Assembly (NCBI GenBank): GCA_001825315.1
Contig: MHVR01000015.1
Coordinates: 1-46,290 of the forward strand
Length of the DNA: 46,290 nucleotides
Reading direction: 5' to 3'
Source of the DNA: Candidatus Zambryskibacteria bacterium RIFCSPHIGHO2_02_FULL_43_14
GTDB lineage: Bacteria; Patescibacteriota; Minisyncoccia; Phycocordibacterales; Zambryskibacteraceae
Part shown: in pieces, positions 1-9,120 of the stretch
How positions within the stretch are numbered: the first letter of the stretch is position 1
How the letters are laid out: each line of letters opens with the position of its first letter
Position numbers and translations under genes: made by a program
The notes under the pieces: generated by a model
Told to the model about the DNA's origin: nothing
The model's database searches: none
Seen by the model: the letters and a program-made list of their open reading frames with translations, nothing else

Positions 1-206
1 GGATTGTAACGAAGAGAGTAAATATCTACACCATCGATGGCTGCTCCTTTGGTATCTAAGTTAATGTCTACTGTGAAGGTCTGACCGACGGGAATAGTAG
101 TAGATGACGGAGTAAGAGTCAGCACAGCCACTGGTATAGAATTTAAGCCTGCAGAAAGTTGCGCCAGTAAAACAAAAATGTAACCTAAAATTGTTTTTTC
201 TATCAT
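1..206 (-). CDS. cohesin-like domain protein, N-terminal part (gene runs off the left edge)
   Basis: The ATG is at 206-204. My translation is MIEKTILGYIFVLLAQLSAGLNSIPVAVLTLTPSSTTIPVGQTFTVDINLDTKGAAIDGVDIYSLRYNP. This is a hydrophobic leader followed by a segment that aligns with ORF 10733..11296 (pattern F.[VI]DI.LDT....IDGVD...L.Y[ND]P). Confidence 0.6.
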   Translation of the reverse strand, partial: MIEKTILGYIFVLLAQLSAGLNSIPVAVLTLTPSSTTIPVGQTFTVDINLDTKGAAIDGVDIYSLRYN

Positions 207-246
207 AGTCTAATTATACAAATTTTTTGTATTAAATAAATTTCGA

Positions 247-405
247 TTATCCACTCTTTAGCCAATTCCCGTTCATGATAGAAAAGTCTAAGGAGTTCAC
301 AATGCCATCCTCATTCAAATCAACCGTTGAATCATTCGTAAACCACCTGCTGTTCATTATAGACCAATCCAAGGAATTTACTATATGATCGTTGTTTATA
401 TCTCC
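247..405 (-). repeat. dockerin-module coding repeat, copy 1 of 9
   Basis: Two D.N.D..VNSLD loops. It shares an identical 38-nt tract (332..369) with copy 3 (3734..3771). Confidence 0.75.
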
Positions 406-1731
406 TTTGAAAATTGGAGGAATCACAGTAGGGGTTGGAGCAGGTGTGGGAGAAGTTCCACTTGAGCTTATTTTAAATACATGAATAATTGGTGTAAGCC
501 CGTTGGCAAAACTTTCGCTTACGTAAAGCAAGCTGTTGTTGCGGTCAAAAGTCATTAAAACAACTTCAGCCCCGCTACCAGTAGTCAGAAAAGTCGGCGC
601 ATAATTTCTCAAAAAATAGGGAGTCATATCAAACTTGGCATACCATTGCGGAATCCAGGAAGATTTTGTTCCATTAGCCACATCAGCCATGTCTTTCGGA
701 TCATAAAACAGCATTGCCGCTTGCGGTTCTCCCGCACGCCAGCCTCTTTGGCCTTTGCAGGTTCCGGACGGCTCGCAAGCATTCGGCACAGTCCAATTTT
801 CATATCCATAATAACTTTTCGCGGGATTATTATCTATTATGCCGCTTATGGCAACAGCAGCTTTATCGCCTAGAGTAAGCCACGCCCCGCCCTGGTAAGC
901 ATTGGCTGTTGAGTGCTGCTTGCTCCACTTTGATTGGTCTAAAAAAGGACCAAATTCCATTAACTTAGAACCGCTGATGCTTTCTCCTGCTGCGGTGGCA
1001 GTATTGGAAGCATAAAGATTGGTTCCTTCCCGGTCGCACCATCCTCTATGCCGACCGGTTGCCACATACTTTCCGCCAAGATTGGCATCAGCAAAAGATT
1101 TGGGAATCTCCATAATGTACCTTGTTGAGGTGAAAGGGTGTAAATTACTCCCATTAAGACTTACATACCACAGACCATTGGTTTGCGGATTGGACAGGTT
1201 GGGTGAAAAACGACCAAGGCCCGGGGCATTGCCGGGCAAAGAGCAGTCGGATTGGGAATCAGAGTAATCCTGCCCTTGGGTAAAATAGATTTTTCCATCG
1301 GATGGAATATAAGTCATGCCCATTATAAAACCTGTTTTATTGGAAATTCCGGCAGTTACATCTTTGAACGGCTGTAAAAGCGTGGCGGTGGGCAAATCGC
1401 TTAAGTTTTTGGAAATTATCGGCTTAGGAATACCTACTTCCGCAACTTTGGTTGCGTAAACATGACCTCCGACAAACAAAGAGCCAGAATAACCGTCAGA
1501 GGATCCGCCGGGATCGCCGCTCGGATAAAAAGCTATCGGCGCGTTAGAATATTCAAAAACGCCGTAACTGCCGTCATTTACGGAGGGCAGTTTGAATGCG
1601 CCCAAATAACTAATGTCGCTTGGCTGAATCAAAGAGGAAGCCGCGGCTTTGGACAAAAAATTCCCAGAAGGATAAATGAATACGCTGACTGCAAACAATA
1701 TTGCAAAAAAATAGCGGGTAGAATTTTTCAT
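247..1731 (-). CDS. secreted protein with C-terminal dockerin module; main domain not recognised
   Basis: 494-aa ORF. It has an N-terminal signal-like segment (YFFAILFAVSVFIYP), a P/T linker (SPTPAPTPTVIPP), and C-terminal GDINNDHIVNSLDWSIMNSRWFTNDSTVDLNEDGIVNSLDFSIMNGNWLKSG. Confidence 0.8.
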   Translation of the reverse strand: MKNSTRYFFAILFAVSVFIYPSGNFLSKAAASSLIQPSDISYLGAFKLPSVNDGSYGVFEYSNAPIAFYPSGDPGGSSDGYSGSLFVGGHVYATKVAEVGIPKPIISKNLSDLPTATLLQPFKDVTAGISNKTGFIMGMTYIPSDGKIYFTQGQDYSDSQSDCSLPGNAPGLGRFSPNLSNPQTNGLWYVSLNGSNLHPFTSTRYIMEIPKSFADANLGGKYVATGRHRGWCDREGTNLYASNTATAAGESISGSKLMEFGPFLDQSKWSKQHSTANAYQGGAWLTLGDKAAVAISGIIDNNPAKSYYGYENWTVPNACEPSGTCKGQRGWRAGEPQAAMLFYDPKDMADVANGTKSSWIPQWYAKFDMTPYFLRNYAPTFLTTGSGAEVVLMTFDRNNSLLYVSESFANGLTPIIHVFKISSSGTSPTPAPTPTVIPPIFKGDINNDHIVNSLDWSIMNSRWFTNDSTVDLNEDGIVNSLDFSIMNGNWLKSG

Positions 1732-1741
1732 ACTCTTTTTT

Positions 1742-3637
1742 TCAATGCTTTATATGAAGCGTACTGCCGAGGAGAATGCCATTGGCCCAATAAAATCCGG
1801 TGTTGCCCGATGGTAGTATATCGTATGTAGCGCCGTCATCGTAGGAAACGCGCTCAACGCTTGCGACCAAAGCCCCATCATATAGATCCCCGGGCCTAAG
1901 ATCACCAACAGTTCGTCCGTCACTGGTAGGATGCCCGGGAGAAACTAACAATTCCCTGCCATCATCTAGAATTAAACGGGCCATTTGATGAGATGGCGAC
2001 ACCTGAACCTTTGAAGTTTTAATTACAGAGCCTAAAACGCGGTCGCCTTCTTTGCCCGCTGTCCAAACAGACATACCGGTTTGTAGATTTTTTACCCTAA
2101 CCGATCCGAAAGGCGTATCAATGAGCGTATCTTCTGCAAGACAAATGGGACAAGGGCGATTTAAATCCATAATTTTAGCAAAAGTTGCGGTGTCCCCTTG
2201 AATTGACGCCAACGTTAGAGTAATTGTGCAGCCATTGCTTGCTGTTTCTCCAATTTTCAGCGTGACCGGATATCCTTGATTTACAGCCACCGGATATTCC
2301 GGATAATTCAACCCGGTCACATAGTCAGCGTATATTTTTTGTAGAATAAACGGGCCTTCTCGCTGGCCTTCCTTGAGTGTAACATGTGAACTTCCAAGCC
2401 CACTTTTCAGCCAGTTCCCGTTCATAATTGAGAAATCCAGAGAGTTCACGATTCCGTCACTGTTTAAATCAGCAGCGCTATCGCTGGTAAACCACTTACT
2501 GTTCATAATTGACCAATCTAACGAATTAACAATACCATCTCTATTAAGATCACCCTTCAACGTACTGATTGGCGGGGTTAAAGACGCTGATTTTAATCTA
2601 ATCCTGAATATTCTGTCATCATTTGATGCTGGAGTTCCGCGGCCATCTTTATTGCTAGTTGAAAAATATAACCAGCCGTCATGCGCCACAATACCTCGCA
2701 GTCTGCCGAAATTTTGGAAAAGAGCTTGATCCATCACTAAATTATTGTTGTTATCTACTACTACTCTTCTGATTTGTTTGCCTCTTAATCCAGCCATATA
2801 GATATCGCCTTGATATACGGCTATACCAGAAGGAGCCAAGGTAAATTCAGAAAAGCATCTTATGGGCTGCTTAATATTAGGATCAGATTCATTGCACTCA
2901 ATATCAGGCCAGCCATAATTATTTCCCTTTACCGCCAAATTTAGTTCATCATTGCTGTTATTGCCGTGCTCGGCCGCATAAAAAGAGCCGTTTGAAGGGT
3001 TCCAGGCTATGCCTTGGGGATTTCTATGGCCATAAGTCCAAACAAGATTGCCGAACGGATTATCGCCTGGGATGCTGCCGTCTTTATTGAGGCGCAAAAT
3101 TTTCCCGGCTAGAGAATTAGTATTTTGCGCGGAGGCCGCGTTAACCGCGTCACCGGTAGTGGAATATAATTTGCCGTCAGGACCGAAAGCAAGTCTTCCG
3201 CCGTCGTGATTGGAAGCAGCTGGAATATTGTCCAAAATCACTGTTTCATTAGTGAGAGATGTACCGTTGAAAATAAATCTTGAAATTCTGTTCCCAGTCG
3301 TGCGAGTATATTGAATATAAATATAATTATTAGAGCCGAAGTCTGGATCCACAGCCAAACCCATTACTCCCGTTTCGGAACCGCTGTACAAACTTGTAAC
3401 CTGTCCTATTGTCTGAATAGCCCCAGATGATTCTCTTAATTTAACAGCACCCGTTCTTTCGGTAAATATCATCCGCCCGTCAGGAAAAAAATCCATTGAC
3501 CAAGGTACACTTAGTCCACTGGCAAATGTCTCTATTTCAAAATCGCTGTCGCTTAGATTAGCGGTTTGGGCTTTAGTTTGTAGAAACGCAATGAGTGTCG
3601 CAAAAAGTATGATTGCAAAAAACCCGATTTTTTTCAT
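1742..3637 (-). CDS. secreted PQQ-dependent sugar dehydrogenase-like beta-propeller, with an internal dockerin and a C-terminal Hint domain
   Basis: 631 aa with a signal peptide. The motifs PWSMDFFPDGRMIFTER, HDGGRLAFGPDGKLY, GHRNPQGIAWNP and EHGNNSNDELNL..GNNYGWP are typical of soluble aldose/sorbosone dehydrogenases. The dockerin covers aa 362-411 and the Hint domain covers aa 499-631. Confidence 0.8.
   Translation of the reverse strand: MKKIGFFAIILFATLIAFLQTKAQTANLSDSDFEIETFASGLSVPWSMDFFPDGRMIFTERTGAVKLRESSGAIQTIGQVTSLYSGSETGVMGLAVDPDFGSNNYIYIQYTRTTGNRISRFIFNGTSLTNETVILDNIPAASNHDGGRLAFGPDGKLYSTTGDAVNAASAQNTNSLAGKILRLNKDGSIPGDNPFGNLVWTYGHRNPQGIAWNPSNGSFYAAEHGNNSNDELNLAVKGNNYGWPDIECNESDPNIKQPIRCFSEFTLAPSGIAVYQGDIYMAGLRGKQIRRVVVDNNNNLVMDQALFQNFGRLRGIVAHDGWLYFSTSNKDGRGTPASNDDRIFRIRLKSASLTPPISTLKGDLNRDGIVNSLDWSIMNSKWFTSDSAADLNSDGIVNSLDFSIMNGNWLKSGLGSSHVTLKEGQREGPFILQKIYADYVTGLNYPEYPVAVNQGYPVTLKIGETASNGCTITLTLASIQGDTATFAKIMDLNRPCPICLAEDTLIDTPFGSVRVKNLQTGMSVWTAGKEGDRVLGSVIKTSKVQVSPSHQMARLILDDGRELLVSPGHPTSDGRTVGDLRPGDLYDGALVASVERVSYDDGATYDILPSGNTGFYWANGILLGSTLHIKH
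1745..2143 (-). other. Hint (Hedgehog/intein-like) autoprocessing domain at the extreme C-terminus
   Basis: The domain starts CLAEDTLIDTPFGSVRVKNL (Cys-1 plus a T.I.T-type block A). It contains LVSPGHP (a TxxH-like block B) and ends YWANGILLGSTLHIKH followed by the stop. No C-extein follows. Confidence 0.6.
2405..2554 (-). repeat. dockerin-module coding repeat, copy 2 of 9 (internal, not C-terminal)
   Basis: GDLNRDGIVNSLDWSIMNSKWFTSDSAADLNSDGIVNSLDFSIMNGNWLK, at aa 362-411 of the 631-aa ORF. Confidence 0.75.
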
Positions 3638-3648
3638 AATTCTTCAAT

Positions 3649-3807
3649 TTAAACAGTCTTCAGCCAGTTTGAATTTAGAATTGAGAAATCTAAAGAATTA
3701 ACAATTCCATCGCTATTCAAATCAACAGTGGTATCATTCGTAAACCACCTGCTGTTCATTATAGACCAATCTAGCGAATTGACTATCTTGTCATTATTGA
3801 GATCACC
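3649..3807 (-). repeat. dockerin-module coding repeat, copy 3 of 9
   Basis: Same two-loop module as the other copies. Its 38-nt tract 3734..3771 is identical to 332..369. Confidence 0.75.
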
Positions 3808-5637
3808 TTTGAGAAAAGTGGTACTGTTACTATCAATAACAAGTTGCTTAATTTCTTTCATCTTCTGAACAGCCAACCAGCCACGGAGAACGTAACCGTT
3901 ATTTCTCAAAGCCTCGCCGGTTGTGTGAGTAGACGGATCGCCGCCGTATTGGTAAGGATCGCTTCCTCCGCCAAATCCCCCTGCGTTAACGGCATAATGC
4001 ACTCCGTCTCCGGAGAGAAAAGTTCCTCCCCATTCAGAGAATGGCCTGCGAGCCAGCATCTCGGCATTCAAATCAATTAGTGGCAGTTTCATCTCTTTTG
4101 CCAGATTTTTTATAGCATTATTATAAACATCAACCGCGGGATTGAAAGAAGGATTGCCGCTTATGCGATAAGTATAGGTGGAAAGTATTGGAACGATTTT
4201 TTTTGATATTAAAACATCAAGAATTTTTTTTAGATCTGTTACATTTGACGGATTCTCATAATAAAGATTGAATAGCGGGATTGCAAACTGCGCGTCAGGA
4301 AAAGCTGAAACAATAGTTGTTATATTCAGCGAGCTCGGATAGCTAGCGCAATCTTCAAGTTTTTGTTTTGCGGTTACGGAATTGGTATCAGCCGGCATTG
4401 AAGTCCCCAAAAAATCCCAAGTCCCACGTCCATCGCCTACTGTTCTGCTTCGGCTTGGGCAATGGTATTCGGTTGCAAGCGCAAAACCATCATAACTATT
4501 TATTGTAGCTGGAGCGGGACTGGCATGTAGCCACTGCGTAATCATTTTATCTTCAACAGTTTTTCCGTTTCCAGCTCTTGCCCATGCCCCGTAAGAATAA
4601 TCACGAGTCAAAGAATCGCCAAGGTGAAGCAGAAAGCCCTGAATTTTATTGGAACCGGCAAGTATTGATTTTGCATTGGCAACCCAGCCGTTTGACCCAT
4701 CCTGCCAAGCGTCATCATAAGAATTAGCACGATTTTTATTGTTATCTGAAGTCGTTTTGACATTTATTGTTACTACTTGGCTTGCGGATCCTGCCCCGTT
4801 TGTGGCCCTTAATGTATACGTGGTAGAAAGTTTTGGAGAAATTGAACGCGTTCCTGATACAGCAACGGTTCCAATACCATGATCAATATTTACTGCCGTT
4901 GCGTTAATCGCGTCCCAAGAAAGTGTTGTTGATTGTCCAACAATAATCGTAACGGGTGAAGCGGTAAAAGTGGAAACAGGCAACAAGGATTGATTAATGG
5001 ATTGCTGACCAGCAACGTTAACATGGTCAAAAATGGCATCTGTCAATAGACCATCCCTATGACTTGTAACAACCAGTCCAATATAAACATTTGTATTTAA
5101 CGTAAGAATAAGACTTCCTGCCTGGCTCCAACTAATACCGTCATTGGAAGTATACGCAACAAATGAATCGTCTATCCTTTTTAATTTAAGCCAGATCGGA
5201 GCTGTGCCAACGACTGAATTATAATTTGATATCTCGGCAGCCTCGGCGCGCTGTTGAAACGTCAGTCCGTTTGAAGGAGAAACCAGTAGAGCAACATTTC
5301 TTGATCCGGCTGTCAGATTCTCGCGGATCATAATTCCCGCTTTTGCCCACGGGTCGGTTTTTTGGATACTCACGACTTGGGTGATAATTTCCCCATCTCC
5401 GGACAATGGCTGATAAACATAAAAAAACTCATCTCCCCTGTTCCAGATATCATCGCCGGCGCCGCTTAAGTTAAAAACGCCATTGTTTATCAACGCTGTA
5501 CCAGGAGCGCTGACTTCTCCGATATCCTGCGCTAACCAAGGACTTAATAAAGATAATCCAACGGCATGAGTTTTTGGAGTCAAGATAATCAGTGAAATGA
5601 AAAAAAGCGAGATGACAAAAAATAATACACTCTTCAT
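3649..5637 (-). CDS. secreted ConA/LamG-like lectin domain, Ig-like domain, SGNH/GDSL hydrolase and dockerin
   Basis: 662 aa with a signal peptide. The N-terminal jelly-roll-like region has DDIWNRGDEFFYVYQ..WAKAGIMIR..YTSNDGISW. The SGNH blocks are GDSLT (block I) and GDGVHY (block V). The C-terminal dockerin is GDLNNDKIVNSLDW...DLNSDGIVNSLDF. Confidence 0.75.
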   Translation of the reverse strand: MKSVLFFVISLFFISLIILTPKTHAVGLSLLSPWLAQDIGEVSAPGTALINNGVFNLSGAGDDIWNRGDEFFYVYQPLSGDGEIITQVVSIQKTDPWAKAGIMIRENLTAGSRNVALLVSPSNGLTFQQRAEAAEISNYNSVVGTAPIWLKLKRIDDSFVAYTSNDGISWSQAGSLILTLNTNVYIGLVVTSHRDGLLTDAIFDHVNVAGQQSINQSLLPVSTFTASPVTIIVGQSTTLSWDAINATAVNIDHGIGTVAVSGTRSISPKLSTTYTLRATNGAGSASQVVTINVKTTSDNNKNRANSYDDAWQDGSNGWVANAKSILAGSNKIQGFLLHLGDSLTRDYSYGAWARAGNGKTVEDKMITQWLHASPAPATINSYDGFALATEYHCPSRSRTVGDGRGTWDFLGTSMPADTNSVTAKQKLEDCASYPSSLNITTIVSAFPDAQFAIPLFNLYYENPSNVTDLKKILDVLISKKIVPILSTYTYRISGNPSFNPAVDVYNNAIKNLAKEMKLPLIDLNAEMLARRPFSEWGGTFLSGDGVHYAVNAGGFGGGSDPYQYGGDPSTHTTGEALRNNGYVLRGWLAVQKMKEIKQLVIDSNSTTFLKGDLNNDKIVNSLDWSIMNSRWFTNDTTVDLNSDGIVNSLDFSILNSNWLKTV

Positions 5638-5638
5638 T

Positions 5639-5797
5639 TTACAGTGTTTTCAACCAATTCCCGTTCATGATTGAAAAATCCAAAGAATTGACAATACCGT
5701 CGCTATTTAGATCTGCGGTTGAATCACCGGTAAACCACTTACTGTTCATCATTGACCAGTCAAGAGAATTAACTATGCGGTCGTTGTTAAGATCGCC
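5639..5797 (-). repeat. dockerin-module coding repeat, copy 4 of 9
   Basis: GDLNNDRIVNSLDWSMMNSKWFTGDSTADLNSDGIVNSLDFSIMNGNWLKTL. Confidence 0.75.
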
Positions 5798-7297
5798 TTT
5801 GAGAGTTGGGGAAGGAGTTGGGGTGGGGGTTGGAGTAGGAGACGGTGGGGGTGGGCTGATAGAAGGAGGCGGGCAATTAGAAGTGCAATTATTGGATTGG
5901 GTGTTATTACTGCCGCCACTGATACTTATCGTACCGTGGCGAGAATTAACAATTGAATTGTCGTGAATTCTATAGTTGCTGCAGTTTCCATCAATTGTAA
6001 TTTGCGCTTGCCAGGTAAAATTAATGGAATTGTTGGAAAGATAATTGCCAAAGATATCAACATTGTTAGATGAAATTTCGCATGAACCTCTTATGCCAGC
6101 GCCCACGTTATCCGTAATAACATTACCGCTAACCACAAGATTGTCTGGGCTGGCAGGACCCGCAGTATTATCGCTTTCAATTCTTACACCTTCGTAATTA
6201 TTTCTTACAACCGTATTGTTTTTAAATACTACATTTTTTGAACGAATAATGATTCCCGGCCCGGCTCTTTGCTGGTCATATTCTTTGCCATACCCCGCTG
6301 AACATTGCGAACTCCAGCCAGAGTCCATTGATGCGTCATGGAAAACATTATTTTCAAAAGTATGCCCGCCACCGCTGGTAGTATCATCCGTGTGTATCAA
6401 TTCCGCCACATCTTGGGAAAAATCGCTGTTGCGAACAATAATTCCAGGTCCCCCGCCAATACCCATGCTATGACCATTGGTGCCATCTCTGGAAGGAGCG
6501 CAAACATTATTGCCGTTATAGCTCATCTTAATATTTTGAAAAGTTATATATGAAGCTGTGTTGTGCACTTGATAGGCTTGCACTGTAGCGGCAATCTCAT
6601 CAATACCATCGACTACCCAATTACTAACTCCATTATCAAATTCGAGCATGAACCCGCAAGCGGCATAAGTAACTGGCATACTGGTTGGATTAGTGCCATT
6701 AGCTGGGTGATAATATATTTTTTTGGCGCCGGGATCCATATTATACCAATCACCGTTGTTTGGAGGAGAAAAGTTGCCTGTCTTGGTACTTGGAATTAAT
6801 TTGTTGCCATTCCATAACTGACCCCATCGCACAGGATTAAGTGCACCCGTACTCGCCCAGTTGAAACTTATCACCCACCAACCAGCATGACTATCCTGTT
6901 GCCAAGTCCCACCGCCAGACTTAACATCAAAGCGACCATCGAGTAACACGTCTGCGTTATTGTATGCTTTTAAAGTTATCGGATTGCCGCTAGTTCCGCT
7001 TTTCGCCGGAAACATTTCACAATTATTATTTCCTCCTGGAGCATTCGGGTCAATATGATAACTTCCGGCCATAGCGTTTATCACATCCCCCGGACTTAGA
7101 CTGTTACTGGAAACAGCTCGCTCAATTGTTTTCCAGGGTTGAGATTCCGTACCTGGATTTGAATCAGAACCAGATGGTGAAATAAAGTATGTAGCAGCAT
7201 CGACTGAAGAATAGAGAGTGAGGAAAGTAAAAACAACGATACTCTGGATAAAAATTATCTTTTTTAAAAAATCCTTTATTTTTGTTCTCATAATCAT
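5639..7297 (-). CDS. secreted right-handed parallel beta-helix protein with dockerin
   Basis: 552 aa. After the signal/TM segment it reads ATYFISPSGSDSNPGTESQPWKTIERAV, an N-terminal cap typical of pectate-lyase-fold proteins. It has repeated N/G/V-rich beta-helix turns, the linker PPPSPTPTPTPTPSPT, and a dockerin. It abuts the stop codon of the upstream gene (0-nt gap). Confidence 0.8.
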   Translation of the reverse strand: MIMRTKIKDFLKKIIFIQSIVVFTFLTLYSSVDAATYFISPSGSDSNPGTESQPWKTIERAVSSNSLSPGDVINAMAGSYHIDPNAPGGNNNCEMFPAKSGTSGNPITLKAYNNADVLLDGRFDVKSGGGTWQQDSHAGWWVISFNWASTGALNPVRWGQLWNGNKLIPSTKTGNFSPPNNGDWYNMDPGAKKIYYHPANGTNPTSMPVTYAACGFMLEFDNGVSNWVVDGIDEIAATVQAYQVHNTASYITFQNIKMSYNGNNVCAPSRDGTNGHSMGIGGGPGIIVRNSDFSQDVAELIHTDDTTSGGGHTFENNVFHDASMDSGWSSQCSAGYGKEYDQQRAGPGIIIRSKNVVFKNNTVVRNNYEGVRIESDNTAGPASPDNLVVSGNVITDNVGAGIRGSCEISSNNVDIFGNYLSNNSINFTWQAQITIDGNCSNYRIHDNSIVNSRHGTISISGGSNNTQSNNCTSNCPPPSISPPPPSPTPTPTPTPSPTLKGDLNNDRIVNSLDWSMMNSKWFTGDSTADLNSDGIVNSLDFSIMNGNWLKTL

Positions 7298-7456
7298 CTA
7301 ACCGTTCTTCAACCAATTTCCATTCATAATGGAAAAATCCAGAGAATTAATAATGCCATCGCTATTCAAATCAGCAGTGGTATCGTTTGTATACCATCTA
7401 CTATTCATTATGGACCAATCCAGAGAATTGACTATTTTGTCGTTGTTCAGGTCACC
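7298..7456 (-). repeat. dockerin-module coding repeat, copy 5 of 9
   Basis: GDLNNDKIVNSLDWSIMNSRWYTNDTTADLNSDGIINSLDFSIMNGNWLKNG. Confidence 0.75.
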
Positions 7457-8965
7457 CTTGAGAGTGCCTGATGGCGTTGGGTTAGGACTTGGAATGGGAC
7501 TGGGAGTAGGTGCTGGGCCCGTGCTTCCTCCACTGCCATATTCAACAGCACCTGCATCTGGAGCAGCTCCATTATACGGAAGACTGACTCCGACTCCAGC
7601 AGTCCAAGATATTGACCTATCAACTGTAATGTTGTTGCCAGATTCATCAATAGACACCACTTTAACAATATTAGAGCCGATTTGAATTGTATCCGGATCA
7701 GTCATTCCGTAGCCGTTGTAAAAATAGAAACTTTCTTGGACAGGAACAATGGTACCGGAACCTCCGCTTCGCGTAGTAGTCAGAGCGACACCAGCATCAA
7801 TGGCATCAGAGCCTGCGGCTAATCTAAAATCTGTGGTTGATGGATTGACAAAAAGCTGGTTAAGAGTTTGGGTGCTGAATTTGCCGCCATTTGGTTCTTG
7901 GCCAGTGGCTGATCGCCAGCGGTTGAATTCAGCCAGACTTGTACCATAATTAGTTTCACCATTCAACAAGGCCCAGATAATGCCTTGTGAGGATGGGCGA
8001 TAAACATTGTGTTCCATTCGAATACTAGGGTAGGCACCATCCGCCGGATCTCGGGAATGCTGCATCAAATAATTTGTGGAAAATGCAAAAATATTATTTT
8101 TCACCGCAAACCCTCCCCAGCCTGAGGGACCATCGCCCCATTGCCAGAACAGTATACATTGGTTGCGACAATTGATTACAGAATTGCTGTAAAGCGCATC
8201 ATTTACGAAAGGCTTAACATAAAAAGTAAATCCTGCTCCGTAGATAGTGTTTCGACGTAGAATAGAAAATGTCGGAGCTTTGTCTATCTTGACCCTGTTC
8301 TCGTAAGGATTGCTTGGGCATGAGCCGGTACAATATACGGTGTTGCCATCGTAAACCATGTGATGGGTGTAATCTTCTATGGTGCTTCCTGTCTGGCTAC
8401 CGGCGTCAATAAAATCAGCACCGTCGCCTTCTGGGCCAGGATTATATATTATATTGTTTTTAACTATTACATAAGGCGTGCCATGAGCTTCAATGCCATC
8501 CCAGTTGCCAATCCCTTTCCACTCGTGAATTTTATTGCCTTCAATCAAAAAATAACCAGAATGAGCGTCCCACATGACTATGCCACCTTGAGTACAACTG
8601 TATATATCATTATTGCGAACAGTATTGCGGGTACCACTTAATTCAACACAGCCAAGACCCCCGCCATTTCTAATTACAAACCCTTCAACGACATTATTGC
8701 TTCCACTAAGATTTACCGTACCTTCAACAGTTGGGGTTTCTCCGGGATAGTTTTTAATGGTTTTGCCACTACCAGATACGGAAAATCCGCCGTAATTTCC
8801 ACCTCTTACCTGAATTATATCTCCAGATTGAGAAGAGTTAATGGCTGATTGAAGTTCTGAACTGCTAGAGACAGTTCTCGTGGCTGCAGTGGCAACCTTG
8901 TTAAAGCCAAAAGATAAAATAAACAAAATCCCAAGAATAATAAAATTAAGGATTTGATTCTTCAT
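7298..8965 (-). CDS. secreted parallel beta-helix protein with dockerin (paralog of 11320..12960)
   Basis: The ORF track starts at 8980, which is a TTG. The first ATG (MKNQILNF...) is at 8965 and forms an ATGA overlap with the stop of the upstream gene. By eye it is roughly 70% identical in protein to 11320..12975. It has an S/P/T linker and a dockerin. Confidence 0.8.
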   Translation of the reverse strand: MKNQILNFIILGILFILSFGFNKVATAATRTVSSSSELQSAINSSQSGDIIQVRGGNYGGFSVSGSGKTIKNYPGETPTVEGTVNLSGSNNVVEGFVIRNGGGLGCVELSGTRNTVRNNDIYSCTQGGIVMWDAHSGYFLIEGNKIHEWKGIGNWDGIEAHGTPYVIVKNNIIYNPGPEGDGADFIDAGSQTGSTIEDYTHHMVYDGNTVYCTGSCPSNPYENRVKIDKAPTFSILRRNTIYGAGFTFYVKPFVNDALYSNSVINCRNQCILFWQWGDGPSGWGGFAVKNNIFAFSTNYLMQHSRDPADGAYPSIRMEHNVYRPSSQGIIWALLNGETNYGTSLAEFNRWRSATGQEPNGGKFSTQTLNQLFVNPSTTDFRLAAGSDAIDAGVALTTTRSGGSGTIVPVQESFYFYNGYGMTDPDTIQIGSNIVKVVSIDESGNNITVDRSISWTAGVGVSLPYNGAAPDAGAVEYGSGGSTGPAPTPSPIPSPNPTPSGTLKGDLNNDKIVNSLDWSIMNSRWYTNDTTADLNSDGIINSLDFSIMNGNWLKNG

Positions 8966-9120
8966 ATTTGTTTTAGCCAATTCCCGTTCATGATTGAGAA
9001 GTCCAAAGAATTAACAATACCGTCGGTGTTTAGATCGGCAGTGACATCATTCATAAACCACCTGCTATTCATTATAGACCAATCCAGAGAATTGACTATG
9101 CGATCATTGTTAAGGTCACC
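8962..9120 (-). repeat. dockerin-module coding repeat, copy 6 of 9
   Basis: The 59-nt tract 9038..9096 is identical to 14647..14705 in copy 9. Confidence 0.75.

Noticed and set aside
1745-2143. A true self-splicing intein.
   Set aside because: Only three residues follow the domain, and there is no C-extein or terminal HN-[CST] junction. It is better described as a Hint or BIL-type cleavage module (see findings).
5667-5966. Recurrent plus-strand ORFs beginning M[IM]EKS[KR]ELT[IM]PS[LVM]F[KR]SA (2373..2729, 5667..5966, 7329..7685, 8954..9292, 11348..11695, 12949..13179). They look like a conserved gene family.
   Set aside because: They are antisense translations of the repeated dockerin-coding DNA. 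Each lies entirely within a much longer minus-strand ORF that has clear domain content.
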